Shown: positions 7,398 to 17,183 of the stretch, in pieces
How positions within the stretch are numbered: position 1 is the stretch's first letter
Layout: each line of letters opens with the position of its first letter
From: Piscirickettsiaceae bacterium
GTDB lineage: Bacteria; Pseudomonadota; Gammaproteobacteria; Thiomicrospirales; Thiomicrospiraceae
Assembly: GCA_027019045.1 (NCBI GenBank)
Contig: JALUXI010000223.1
Span: forward strand, 1-40,354
DNA length: 40,354 nucleotides
Reading direction: 5' to 3'
Notes under the pieces: generated by a model
The model's database searches: none
Told to the model about the DNA's origin: nothing
What the model saw: only the letters and a program-made list of their open reading frames with translations
Made by a program: the position numbers and the translations under genes

Positions 7398-8705
7398 TTA
7401 CTTATCCCCCTTCAAACGGGAGATACCAAGCATCTTCATAATATATTTCTGATAAATTGGTTCAGAATTCCCTGACTTCATATTACGAATGAAGTATTTC
7501 TCAAATGCAATCTTAGCCAAGTGAACCCACTTTCCTTTTTTTGCCCATGTTAGGTTACGAGGTGGAATCTGAGGCAAGGCAACAAATGCTGCTCCAGTAT
7601 CCCCCATATCTGCTAGACAAATTGTATTCCAAGTTGGCTCAGCATCAGGCTCTTTACCTTCAAGATTCGCTTCAATGTTATGACAAATAGCGGTAACCAT
7701 TGACTCGATCATCAAACCAGTCTTAGGTGTCCCTACCGGTACAGGTGTCGCTTCAACAGGTGGAATCGCAATCCCCACACCCAAGGCATAAATATTATGG
7801 TATGTTGGGTTACGGCTGTATTGATCCACTTTGACAAAACCACGAGGGTTCACTAATGGCCCCCCCATATTGTCTGGTTGCACCAAGTCTTGTAAGAATT
7901 GAGAGCCTTTAAAAGCTGGCAACATCATGCTGTATTTAAATGGCAATTCGTGTGTATTGATTACTTCACCTTGCATATTATGCTCTTTTACATACATTTT
8001 GCCATCTTCAATTTTCTCAACGGCAGCATTACAAATCCACTTAATATGGCGGTTACGCATTTCAGACTCAAGCAGACCGTTAGAGTCACCCACCCCACCT
8101 AGACCAAGGTGACCAATATAAGGCTCAGAGGTTACAAAAGTCATCGGGACTTGTGCACGCAATTTACGCTTACGCAAATCCGTATCCATAATCATCGCAA
8201 ATTCATAAGCAGGACCATAGCAAGAAGCCCCTTGAACAGCACCTACAATAATAGGTCCTGGGTTTTCGCAAAATTCTTCCCACTGCTCATGTGCCTCTGC
8301 TGCATGAGGTGTTGTACAAACAGAAACGGTATTTCCACCTTGGCTTTTAGGACCAAAGCCTTCTACTTCATGGAATGCTAAGGTCGGCCCTGTTGCCAAA
8401 ACCAAATAGTCATATTCCATTTCAGAACCATTGCTCAAAGTTAACTTATTGTTATCTGGATCTAAAGCAGTAACCGTTTCATGATAAAACTCAATCCCTT
8501 TTCGAGTAAGATGTGGCTCCAATTTAAAAGAGATATCTTCTGGTTTACGCCACCCTACAGCGACCCAAGGGTTTGATGGAACGAAGGTAAATTCTTCATA
8601 AGCATTTACAACTTTAATAGTATGCTCTTTACCAAGATGCTTACGAATATCATAAGCCATGGGAAGACCACCCGTACTGGATCCTACAACGACGATTGTT
8701 GCCAT
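7398..8705 (-). CDS. sqr: sulfide:quinone oxidoreductase, type I
   Basis: 435 aa. N-terminal dinucleotide fold IVVVGSSTGGLPMAY. Three cysteines in the SQR contexts VSVCTTPH (C130), GASCYGPAYE (C162) and TICLADMGD (C363); positions are my own count. C-terminal amphipathic helices KIAFEKYFIRNMKSGNSEPIYQKYIMKMLGI. Confidence 0.9.
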   Translation of the reverse strand: MATIVVVGSSTGGLPMAYDIRKHLGKEHTIKVVNAYEEFTFVPSNPWVAVGWRKPEDISFKLEPHLTRKGIEFYHETVTALDPDNNKLTLSNGSEMEYDYLVLATGPTLAFHEVEGFGPKSQGGNTVSVCTTPHAAEAHEQWEEFCENPGPIIVGAVQGASCYGPAYEFAMIMDTDLRKRKLRAQVPMTFVTSEPYIGHLGLGGVGDSNGLLESEMRNRHIKWICNAAVEKIEDGKMYVKEHNMQGEVINTHELPFKYSMMLPAFKGSQFLQDLVQPDNMGGPLVNPRGFVKVDQYSRNPTYHNIYALGVGIAIPPVEATPVPVGTPKTGLMIESMVTAICHNIEANLEGKEPDAEPTWNTICLADMGDTGAAFVALPQIPPRNLTWAKKGKWVHLAKIAFEKYFIRNMKSGNSEPIYQKYIMKMLGISRLKGDK

Positions 8706-8907
8706 TTATTTTGCTCCTCTGAAAGTTCAGAATGATTACACTTGCGCTTATCGAAAATTTCGACAAACCTACCTACTGTCTTCATGCACTGGACAAAAGA
8801 ATTTTATCCAGCCCCATTGAATTTGATTTATATGATGAACCGAAAGCGACAAAAAGAGAAATTTATATTCTTTATATCAGGTCATAAAAAAAAGTCATAT
8901 AATTATA

Positions 8908-10131
8908 TTATGATTTGCTTATAATTATTGCAGGCACCCAATTCAATACCACCCATGTCATCACTAACAAAGAAGAGATTACCATAAAACTCTCTTTTTG
9001 AATCAATATGTTATCACTAAATAACAACACTCCCACTCCAACAATCAATAAAATACTCGTCACCCAAATGGGGCGCCCAATACTGACTAAAGTAAAGCGA
9101 ATCGCCTGTTCAGGTTGCTGAAAAAACCCTCTCTTTGCCCGCAAATAACGCACAAAAAAATGGATACCATCGTCAACAATCAACCCCAAAGGCACCACTA
9201 ACATCCAAGCCTGAAGTGTCTCATCCTGCCACAATATCCAAATAGTCGCCACAATAACAATACTATACATCCCTAAGACCATATTTAACAAAGCGTACCA
9301 CACACTTTTCCATACAATGGCAAGCAAGAGCGTCAAGCCAAAAAATACGCCTAACAATTGGTGCCAAACCTCCTGCCCATGCAAGCGAGGCAGAATCCAC
9401 CATAAAGCTACACCACCCAACAGCATCCCTATACCAAAAATGAAACGACTTATTCTAGGATGCAACTTTAAAAAATTCACTACACCACCTAAACCATGGC
9501 GATCTTTCGGCTCCCCAACACGACATTCAATCAGCCAATTCAATAAAATCCACGGCAACCATGAACCACTGACCCAAAGGCTAAATAACGCTCCCAGTCC
9601 CACTATCCATGCCATTTCTCTCAAAGAAGGTTCAAACCAAGCTGCCACAATAAAGCTCACTGCGGTGGTCACATTGGACAAAACCACAGGTTGAAAATTC
9701 AGTTGCAACGCTTCTGACAAGGCATCATGTTGAAACTGCCCTCTCGCCATCTCTCGGTGTAACCCAGTCAACAGATGCACTAAATTACTTATCAGCATCG
9801 TCACCACCACCAAGAAAGCTAATGAGGCCAACCCATCTTTGCCCTCAAGCGGCATCCCTAGCCAACCCAAAGCGCCTGTCACCATCAATAAAATACCAAA
9901 CGAAAATAACAACATCAGCAAAGCAGTTTTAATCGACTGCATCAACCAAGCCGCCACCAAGCTCATCGCCAATAAACTCAACCCCAGCAATCCCATCTGC
10001 ATAAAGTCATGCATAGAAAAATAAACATTTCCCAGCAGCACACCTAAAGTCACCCCTGAAAACACCCCCAAAGCAAATAAACGGTTGTGCAGTAGCCACA
10101 CCACCCAATGAAAAGCCCACTGATTCTGCAT
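8908..10131 (-). CDS. 12-TM RND/MMPL (sterol-sensing-domain)-like membrane protein lacking periplasmic loops
   Basis: 407 aa and almost entirely hydrophobic; I count about 12 TM segments. The second half carries the RND TM4-like motif PLGLIVDDGIHFFVRYLRAKRG followed by the usual TM5/TM6 pattern. The first half is a degenerate copy (VVVTMLISNLVHLLTGLHREMARG). SD GAGGAAAGGG precedes ATG 10131. Confidence 0.55.
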   Translation of the reverse strand: MQNQWAFHWVVWLLHNRLFALGVFSGVTLGVLLGNVYFSMHDFMQMGLLGLSLLAMSLVAAWLMQSIKTALLMLLFSFGILLMVTGALGWLGMPLEGKDGLASLAFLVVVTMLISNLVHLLTGLHREMARGQFQHDALSEALQLNFQPVVLSNVTTAVSFIVAAWFEPSLREMAWIVGLGALFSLWVSGSWLPWILLNWLIECRVGEPKDRHGLGGVVNFLKLHPRISRFIFGIGMLLGGVALWWILPRLHGQEVWHQLLGVFFGLTLLLAIVWKSVWYALLNMVLGMYSIVIVATIWILWQDETLQAWMLVVPLGLIVDDGIHFFVRYLRAKRGFFQQPEQAIRFTLVSIGRPIWVTSILLIVGVGVLLFSDNILIQKESFMVISSLLVMTWVVLNWVPAIIISKS

Positions 10132-10155
10132 ACCCTTTCCTCATTCTTGTAAAAT

Positions 10156-13100
10156 ATGTCGCTATATTCTAAACAAACCTATAAAACAATGCAGAAAACC
10201 CCCATTACCCAACTCAATCAAATCCCACTCAAAGGTCACAAATCCATCTGGTCTCCGCTTAATTTAAGTGAAAAAGCTTTCACGATTGCTGAAAAATCTT
10301 CAAAAAACCCAGTCCCGATCGTGATTTTGGTGGAAAACAGCACGCTCGCAGCACAACTTGAAGAAGCCATTCACTTTTTTTCCCCTGATGTCCCCATTCA
10401 CCATTTTCCTGAGTGGGAAACCCTCCCCTATGATCAATTCTCCCCTCACCAAGACATCATCTCCGAACGCCTCAAGACCCTCTACCAACTCCCAAAATGG
10501 CAGCAAGGCGTTTTAATTCTGCCCGTTCCAACACTCATTCAACGCGTCGCCCCTTTTGACTATATTCAACAAAACACCTTCCTCCTCAAAGTGGGCGACA
10601 CCCTTGATGTGCAGCAACTGACCGACAACCTGCAACAAGGTGGCTATCAAAGAGTCAGCCAAGTTACTGAACATGGTGAGTTTGCCATTCGTGGGGCGAT
10701 TATCGATCTCTTTCCGATGGGCAGTGATGCCCCCTATCGACTCGATCTTTTTGATGATGAAGTCGAAACCATTCGCCAATTTGACCCCGAAACCCAAAGA
10801 TCCACCAAGCAACTGCAACAAATAGAACTCCTGCCTGCCAAAGAGTACCCATTAGATGAAACAGGCATTGCCCGTTTTCGCACGCAATTCCGCACCCTTT
10901 TTGGCGAAGCGGCTCAAAACAGTACCCTCTATCAATCGGTCAGTAAACAGCAAACGCAAAGTGGCTTAGAGTACTACCTCCCTCTCTTCCACGAAGAGAC
11001 CGCCACCCTCTTTGATTACCTTCCCGACAATGCCCTCTTCTTTGAAATCGATCAAGCCTTAGAAGCGATTGAAACCACTTGGAAAGATTACCAAGAGCGA
11101 TACGACATCGCCCAACACAACCCCGACTTCCCCATACTAGAACCTGCTCAACTGATTCTGCCTAAAGACCAAGTGCTTCATCACCTCAAACAATGGCACC
11201 GCATTCAACTGCTCAAAGAACCCAACACAGCAGCCACCACGGTCATCGATAGCAAACCCCTCCCCGATTTGAGCATTGATCTCAAAAGTGATTACCCACT
11301 AGCCAAACTCAACGCCTTTCTCGATCAATATCTGCAAACTGAGCACCCCAAACTACTCTTCTGTGCCGAAAGCACAGGGCGACGAGAAACTCTTTTAGGC
11401 TTGCTGAAAAAAAGTAAGCACCATCCCAAATCGGTCGAAAATTGGCAAACCTTCCTCCAAAGCAGTGAAATCGAACAGATCACCGTTGCCCCACTTGAAG
11501 CGCCGCTCTATACCGATGAATTTTGCGTCATTACCGAAAGCCAAATCTTTGGTCAAACCACCCTACAAAAACGCCGCCGCAAAAAAACACATCAAGATTT
11601 TGGTGAGGGCATTCAATCCCTTATTGAGCTCGAAATCGGTCACCCCATTGTGCATATCGACCACGGTGTTGGGCGTTATCAAGGCCTGCAAACACTGGAA
11701 TTACAAGGCGAAACCAGAGAATTCCTCACCATAGAGTACGCAGGGGGCGATAAACTCTATGTCCCTGTCACCTCCTTACATCTCGTCAGCCGTTATGCAG
11801 GGACAAATCCCGAGCACGCTCCATTACACAAACTCGGCACCGACAAATGGGACAAAGCCAAGAAAAAAGCCGCCGAAAAAGCCTATGATGTTGCTGCCGA
11901 ACTGCTTGATATCTACGCCCAAAGAGCCGTTCAAAAAGGACAATCCTTGGTCACGCCTGAAGAAGCCTATCTGCGATTCTCGGCAGGTTTTCCTTTTGAA
12001 CCCACCCCCGACCAACAAATGGCCATTGAAGCCGTGCTAGATGACCTCAAATCTGACAAACCGATGGACAGACTCATCTGCGGCGATGTGGGCTTTGGTA
12101 AAACCGAAGTCGCCATGCGAGCCGCTTTTGTCACCGCCTACGCAGGCAAGCAGGTTGCCATTCTTGTCCCGACCACCCTACTGGCACAACAGCATTACGA
12201 AAATTTCCAAGACCGCTTTGCCGACTGGCCAATTCAAATCGGACTCCTCTCCCGCTTCCAAACCGCCAAACAGCAAAAACAGATTTTACAAGCCGTGGCA
12301 GAGGGCAAAATCGACATTCTCATTGGCACGCACAAACTGCTGCAAAAAGAGATGCAGTTTGCCGATTTAGGGCTGATTATCATAGATGAAGAACACCGTT
12401 TTGGTGTCCGCCAAAAAGAAATTCTCAAAAGCTACCGTACCACCGTTGACACCCTCACCATGACAGCTACCCCGATTCCTCGTACCCTCAATATGGCAAT
12501 GAACGACTTACGAGATCTCTCCATTATCGCCACGCCCCCTGAAAAGCGCTTGGCGGTACAGACTTTCGTTCAGCAATGGAACCCAGACACCGTCAAAGAA
12601 GCCTGTTTACGAGAAATCCGCCGTGGTGGACAAGTCTATGTCCTGTTTAATGATGTGAAAAAAATCGAGATGATGGCCGATGAGATTCGAGAACTGCTTC
12701 CCGATGCCAAAGTTGAAGTCGCTCACGGTCAAATGCACGAAAAAGAGCTTGAGCAGGTGATGCAAGACTTCTACCACCGCCGCTTCAATATCCTCGTCTG
12801 CACCACCATTATTGAAACAGGGATTGACATCCCCACCGCCAACACCATTCTTATTCATCGTGCTGATAAGTTCGGGCTGGCACAGCTGCACCAACTACGG
12901 GGACGGGTTGGGCGTTCTCACCACAAAGCCTACGCCTACCTCTTCACCCCAGAACCCGCTGTCATGACAGCCGATGCCAAAAAACGCCTTGAAGCCATCG
13001 CCAAACACGACACCCTTGGGGCAGGTTTTATGCTTGCCAGCCACGACTTAGAGATTCGAGGCGCAGGTGAACTGCTAGGAGAAGGGCAATCAGGACAGAT

Positions 13101-13653
13101 TCAAGAAATCGGCTTTGGACTCTATGCCGAACTGCTTGAGCGGGCAGTCAATGCGCTCAAATCAGGCAAACAACCTGAACTCACCACTCAGCTCCATCAT
13201 GGCATTGAAGTCGATTTAGGCACCCCTGCCCTGATTCCAGAAGACTACCTTCCCGATATTCATACTCGCCTTGTACTCTACAAACGCATTGCCAATGCCA
13301 AAACACCTGAGCAACTACGAGAGCTAGAAGTCGAGATGATTGACCGCTTTGGACTGCTTCCACCGCAAACCCAAACTCTCTTTACCGTCACTCAACTCAA
13401 ACTTGAAGCTGCGCCCTACAACCTGAAAAAGATTGAAGCCACCGACGGCATGATCCGCATTCAGTTTGGCAACAGCCCCAATATTGATCCAATAAAATTG
13501 ATTCAACTGATTCAAAGCCAACCCAAACTCTATCAACTCAAAGGGCAAGAAGAGCTAAAATATTTTGACGAACTCGAAACCGTTGAAGCCCGATATCAGA
13601 TGATACTATTTATTCTCAACGCCTTAAAACTAGACCAAAGGAACTCTCAATGA
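10156..13653 (+). CDS. mfd: transcription-repair coupling factor
   Basis: 1165 aa. UvrB-homology N-terminus, RNAP-interaction domain, superfamily-2 helicase motifs (GDVGFGKTEVAMRAA, DEEHRFG, TATPIPRTL, QLRGRVGRS) and a TRG/C-terminal domain. The alternative start ATG 10189 (MQKT...) aligns better with E. coli Mfd and relieves the 24-bp divergent gap. Confidence 0.95.
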   Translation: MSLYSKQTYKTMQKTPITQLNQIPLKGHKSIWSPLNLSEKAFTIAEKSSKNPVPIVILVENSTLAAQLEEAIHFFSPDVPIHHFPEWETLPYDQFSPHQDIISERLKTLYQLPKWQQGVLILPVPTLIQRVAPFDYIQQNTFLLKVGDTLDVQQLTDNLQQGGYQRVSQVTEHGEFAIRGAIIDLFPMGSDAPYRLDLFDDEVETIRQFDPETQRSTKQLQQIELLPAKEYPLDETGIARFRTQFRTLFGEAAQNSTLYQSVSKQQTQSGLEYYLPLFHEETATLFDYLPDNALFFEIDQALEAIETTWKDYQERYDIAQHNPDFPILEPAQLILPKDQVLHHLKQWHRIQLLKEPNTAATTVIDSKPLPDLSIDLKSDYPLAKLNAFLDQYLQTEHPKLLFCAESTGRRETLLGLLKKSKHHPKSVENWQTFLQSSEIEQITVAPLEAPLYTDEFCVITESQIFGQTTLQKRRRKKTHQDFGEGIQSLIELEIGHPIVHIDHGVGRYQGLQTLELQGETREFLTIEYAGGDKLYVPVTSLHLVSRYAGTNPEHAPLHKLGTDKWDKAKKKAAEKAYDVAAELLDIYAQRAVQKGQSLVTPEEAYLRFSAGFPFEPTPDQQMAIEAVLDDLKSDKPMDRLICGDVGFGKTEVAMRAAFVTAYAGKQVAILVPTTLLAQQHYENFQDRFADWPIQIGLLSRFQTAKQQKQILQAVAEGKIDILIGTHKLLQKEMQFADLGLIIIDEEHRFGVRQKEILKSYRTTVDTLTMTATPIPRTLNMAMNDLRDLSIIATPPEKRLAVQTFVQQWNPDTVKEACLREIRRGGQVYVLFNDVKKIEMMADEIRELLPDAKVEVAHGQMHEKELEQVMQDFYHRRFNILVCTTIIETGIDIPTANTILIHRADKFGLAQLHQLRGRVGRSHHKAYAYLFTPEPAVMTADAKKRLEAIAKHDTLGAGFMLASHDLEIRGAGELLGEGQSGQIQEIGFGLYAELLERAVNALKSGKQPELTTQLHHGIEVDLGTPALIPEDYLPDIHTRLVLYKRIANAKTPEQLRELEVEMIDRFGLLPPQTQTLFTVTQLKLEAAPYNLKKIEATDGMIRIQFGNSPNIDPIKLIQLIQSQPKLYQLKGQEELKYFDELETVEARYQMILFILNALKLDQRNSQ

Positions 13654-14555
13654 ACCGCATACTGCTGATTGGCTTAATCGGCCTCCTTCCTCATCTCACC
13701 TTTGCAGATAATGCCGACACAAAAGAGACCCCACCTATTTACCAAGTTGAACTCATTGTCTTTGAAACCACTGCTCTCAGAGGCTGGACAGAAGAGTATT
13801 GGCCACACCAAGTCCCCGAAGTCCCCACCGATGATGCCTACCCGATTCAACCTGGCGTTATCCTAGAAACCCCCCTTTCCGAACTGCCTGAAACAGTCGA
13901 AACCGACAGCGATCAAGTAAAAATCCAAGGCATTGAATCCACGCAACTCACACCACAAACATTAGATGAAACGGATCAAACCGAAAACCAAATTGAAAAC
14001 CAAACAAACTCGACAGAGCGCACAGCCGAAACCATCGAAAACCGCACCCAAGCCCAACTGCTTCAACCTGATGCCCCCAACAGCGACACCCCACTTTGGC
14101 TCCTCAATACCGAGGCCAGCAAAATGACACCCGCCAAAGGCTACCACATTCTGATTCACCAAAGCTGGATTCAACAAGGCCTGCCGCCCAAACAAGCTCA
14201 ACCCATCTATTTTGAAAACGAACCTCAATCAGAATACACTTCTGCCCTCAGCGGCACCTTAAAGCTCTACAAAACTCGATACGCTCACATTGAAGCCAAC
14301 TTCAACCTCCAACGCTTCATCCCCAAACGCATTCGAGATAAATTCGCCCAACACGAAGACCTCACACCTGATTTATTGCCAGACTACTGGACTTTCAACC
14401 TCAACCAAGCCCGCAAAATCAAACCAGGTCAACTCCACTACATCGACCACCCCATCTTCGGCATCCTCACTAAAATCAAGCGCCTCAAACCCGAAGAGAT
14501 CCCTCTCTACCAACAACACACCTTAACCACACCCGTCACCCCCAAACAAAATTAA
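13650..14555 (+). CDS. CsiV-like periplasmic protein (DUF2803-type), tentative
   Basis: ATGA overlap with the mfd stop. Signal peptide MNRILLIGLIGLLPHLTFA. The YQVELIVFE motif and its position directly after mfd recall the Vibrio CsiV family. The central region is Q/E/N/T-rich low complexity. Confidence 0.45.
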   Translation: MNRILLIGLIGLLPHLTFADNADTKETPPIYQVELIVFETTALRGWTEEYWPHQVPEVPTDDAYPIQPGVILETPLSELPETVETDSDQVKIQGIESTQLTPQTLDETDQTENQIENQTNSTERTAETIENRTQAQLLQPDAPNSDTPLWLLNTEASKMTPAKGYHILIHQSWIQQGLPPKQAQPIYFENEPQSEYTSALSGTLKLYKTRYAHIEANFNLQRFIPKRIRDKFAQHEDLTPDLLPDYWTFNLNQARKIKPGQLHYIDHPIFGILTKIKRLKPEEIPLYQQHTLTTPVTPKQN

Positions 14556-14572
14556 ATGCCACAAAAAATGCC

Positions 14573-14621
14573 AAAAACCCCAGTCCTGCATGTCAATTTA
14601 GGCTTCAGGACTGGGGTTTTT
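14573..14621. terminator. bidirectional intrinsic terminator
   Basis: A5-CCCCAGTCCTG (14578-14588) ... CAGGACTGGGG (14606-14616)-T5. It can serve the csiV-like gene on the plus strand and the ftsK...hepT string on the minus strand. Confidence 0.75.
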
Positions 14622-14659
14622 GACAAAATTTAAGACTTTTTAATGCGAAAGTTTTTAAG

Positions 14660-14779
14660 GTAACTGCTCAGATTGCCTCTGAAATTCATCAATTCAAGGT
14701 AGAAAATGCGCATTTATAACGAGTAATAAGCATTTTACAGTACAAAGTGGCAGATTTTAGGGGTGAGTTAAATAGTTAC
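14660..14779. mobile_element. MITE family 1, copy 3 (120 bp, lacks the duplicated left terminus)
   Basis: Runs GTAACTGCTCAGATTGCCTCTGAAATTCATCAATTCAAGG...GGGGTGAGTTAAATAGTTAC. Flanked by an exact 8-bp direct repeat TTTTTAAG (14652-14659 and 14780-14787). Confidence 0.75.
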
Positions 14780-15222
14780 TTTTTAAGAATCTCTTCTATA
14801 TACTTTTGCGTGCCTTGCATCCACTGTAATAAGGTTTCTGAATACAGTAACACTTCTTCGAATGAGCGTTGAAGATGTTCTTCAATATATTCATGCACAA
14901 TCGTATTACGGACATCCTTCATCAAGCGAACCTGTTCAATATCTTCAACCAAACCTCTTTTATGTGCTCGATTGACGACATCAATAAGCGTCCCTTGTTC
15001 TTCTAGTTCATACGCATCAATGCTTCTAAAAACCTTCCGCACTAGAAAATCCATACTGCGTCCATATCGGCTACACAAAGCTTCAAAGTGACCGAACTCT
15101 TCTATAGAGTAATCGGTTTTTACACCGATCTCTCGACACTGATCAAAAGAGATTTTCAGCCAAAAAATCTGCTTGCCTAGCAATGCTAAATCCTGCTCCA
15201 GCTTCTCTCGCATCACACTCAT
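14776..15222 (-). CDS. hepT: HEPN-domain protein (HepT / HI0074-type toxin of an MNT-HEPN pair)
   Basis: 148 aa. Rx4H HEPN motif in RNTIVHEY. A 4-nt ATGA overlap with the upstream MNT gene. The stop TAA (14776-14778) lies in the MITE terminus. Confidence 0.7.
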   Translation of the reverse strand: MSVMREKLEQDLALLGKQIFWLKISFDQCREIGVKTDYSIEEFGHFEALCSRYGRSMDFLVRKVFRSIDAYELEEQGTLIDVVNRAHKRGLVEDIEQVRLMKDVRNTIVHEYIEEHLQRSFEEVLLYSETLLQWMQGTQKYIEEILKK

Positions 15223-15503
15223 AACAGAACCGCTTGTTGTTTGATTAAACGGTGGAATGGATCTTTAAAATCACCATTATCTAAAATGATATCTAATTTC
15301 TGCTCACCGAATCGAGAGAAAAAAGCCAATCGCAATTTTCTCAAATCCCGCCACTTTAGCTTTGAATCCACCACTAACAAGTCAATATCCCCTCCTCGCT
15401 GACGATCATCAACTCGAGAACCGAATAAGTAGAGCTTTGCCTCAGGCGAAAGCTCTGCCAAAGCCTTTTTTAACACTTGAACTTCCTCAGAGGAAAGACG
15501 CAT
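15219..15503 (-). CDS. mntA: minimal nucleotidyltransferase (MntA-type antitoxin)
   Basis: 94 aa. Pol-beta-type NTase signature LFGSRVDDRQRGGDIDLLV (GS-x10-DxD). The ATG (15501-15503) directly abuts the serS TAG (15504-15506). GAGG lies inside the serS 3' end. Confidence 0.8.
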   Translation of the reverse strand: MRLSSEEVQVLKKALAELSPEAKLYLFGSRVDDRQRGGDIDLLVVDSKLKWRDLRKLRLAFFSRFGEQKLDIILDNGDFKDPFHRLIKQQAVLL

Positions 15504-16793
<1,290 letters not shown>

Positions 16794-16802
16794 TTATTAC
16801 AC

Positions 16803-17183
16803 TCACTCTACAAGAAACTGTTTACCGACCCAGAGTCCCACCGCTACAGCAATTAAGCAGGTGATGACGCTAACAGCAATATTCAATAAGGCTTTGCTCA
16901 ACTCCCCCGTCTCGATGTACTGCATCGTCTCAAACGAAAAGGTGGAAAAGGTAGTAAAGGCACCTAAAAATCCGACCATCACAAAACTACGGACTTCATT
17001 AGATGCGGCAAACTTATCCACCAATAAAATGGCAACCAACCCCATCACAAAAGACCCCAGTACATTAACCGAAAGGGTTCCCCATGCAAAATTTCGTCCC
17101 ATCAGTTGGTAAACCTGATGAGACACCCAGAAGCGGGAAGTTGCCCCCAAAGCCCCCCCTAAAGCGATCGCTAACCACTGCAT
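16803..17183 (-). CDS. crcB: fluoride channel CrcB/FluC
   Basis: 126 aa with 4 TM segments. Family-typical sequences GGALGATSRFWVS and GFLGAFTTFSTFSFE. Confidence 0.9.
   Translation of the reverse strand: MQWLAIALGGALGATSRFWVSHQVYQLMGRNFAWGTLSVNVLGSFVMGLVAILLVDKFAASNEVRSFVMVGFLGAFTTFSTFSFETMQYIETGELSKALLNIAVSVITCLIAVAVGLWVGKQFLVE

Noticed and set aside
8742-8924. 60-aa plus-strand ORF in the sqr upstream region, and the AT-rich imperfect palindrome TCATATAATTATATTATGA near 8893-8911.
   Set aside because: The ORF has no SD and sits opposite the sqr promoter region. The palindrome matches at only 14/19 positions and overlaps the stop of the upstream gene.
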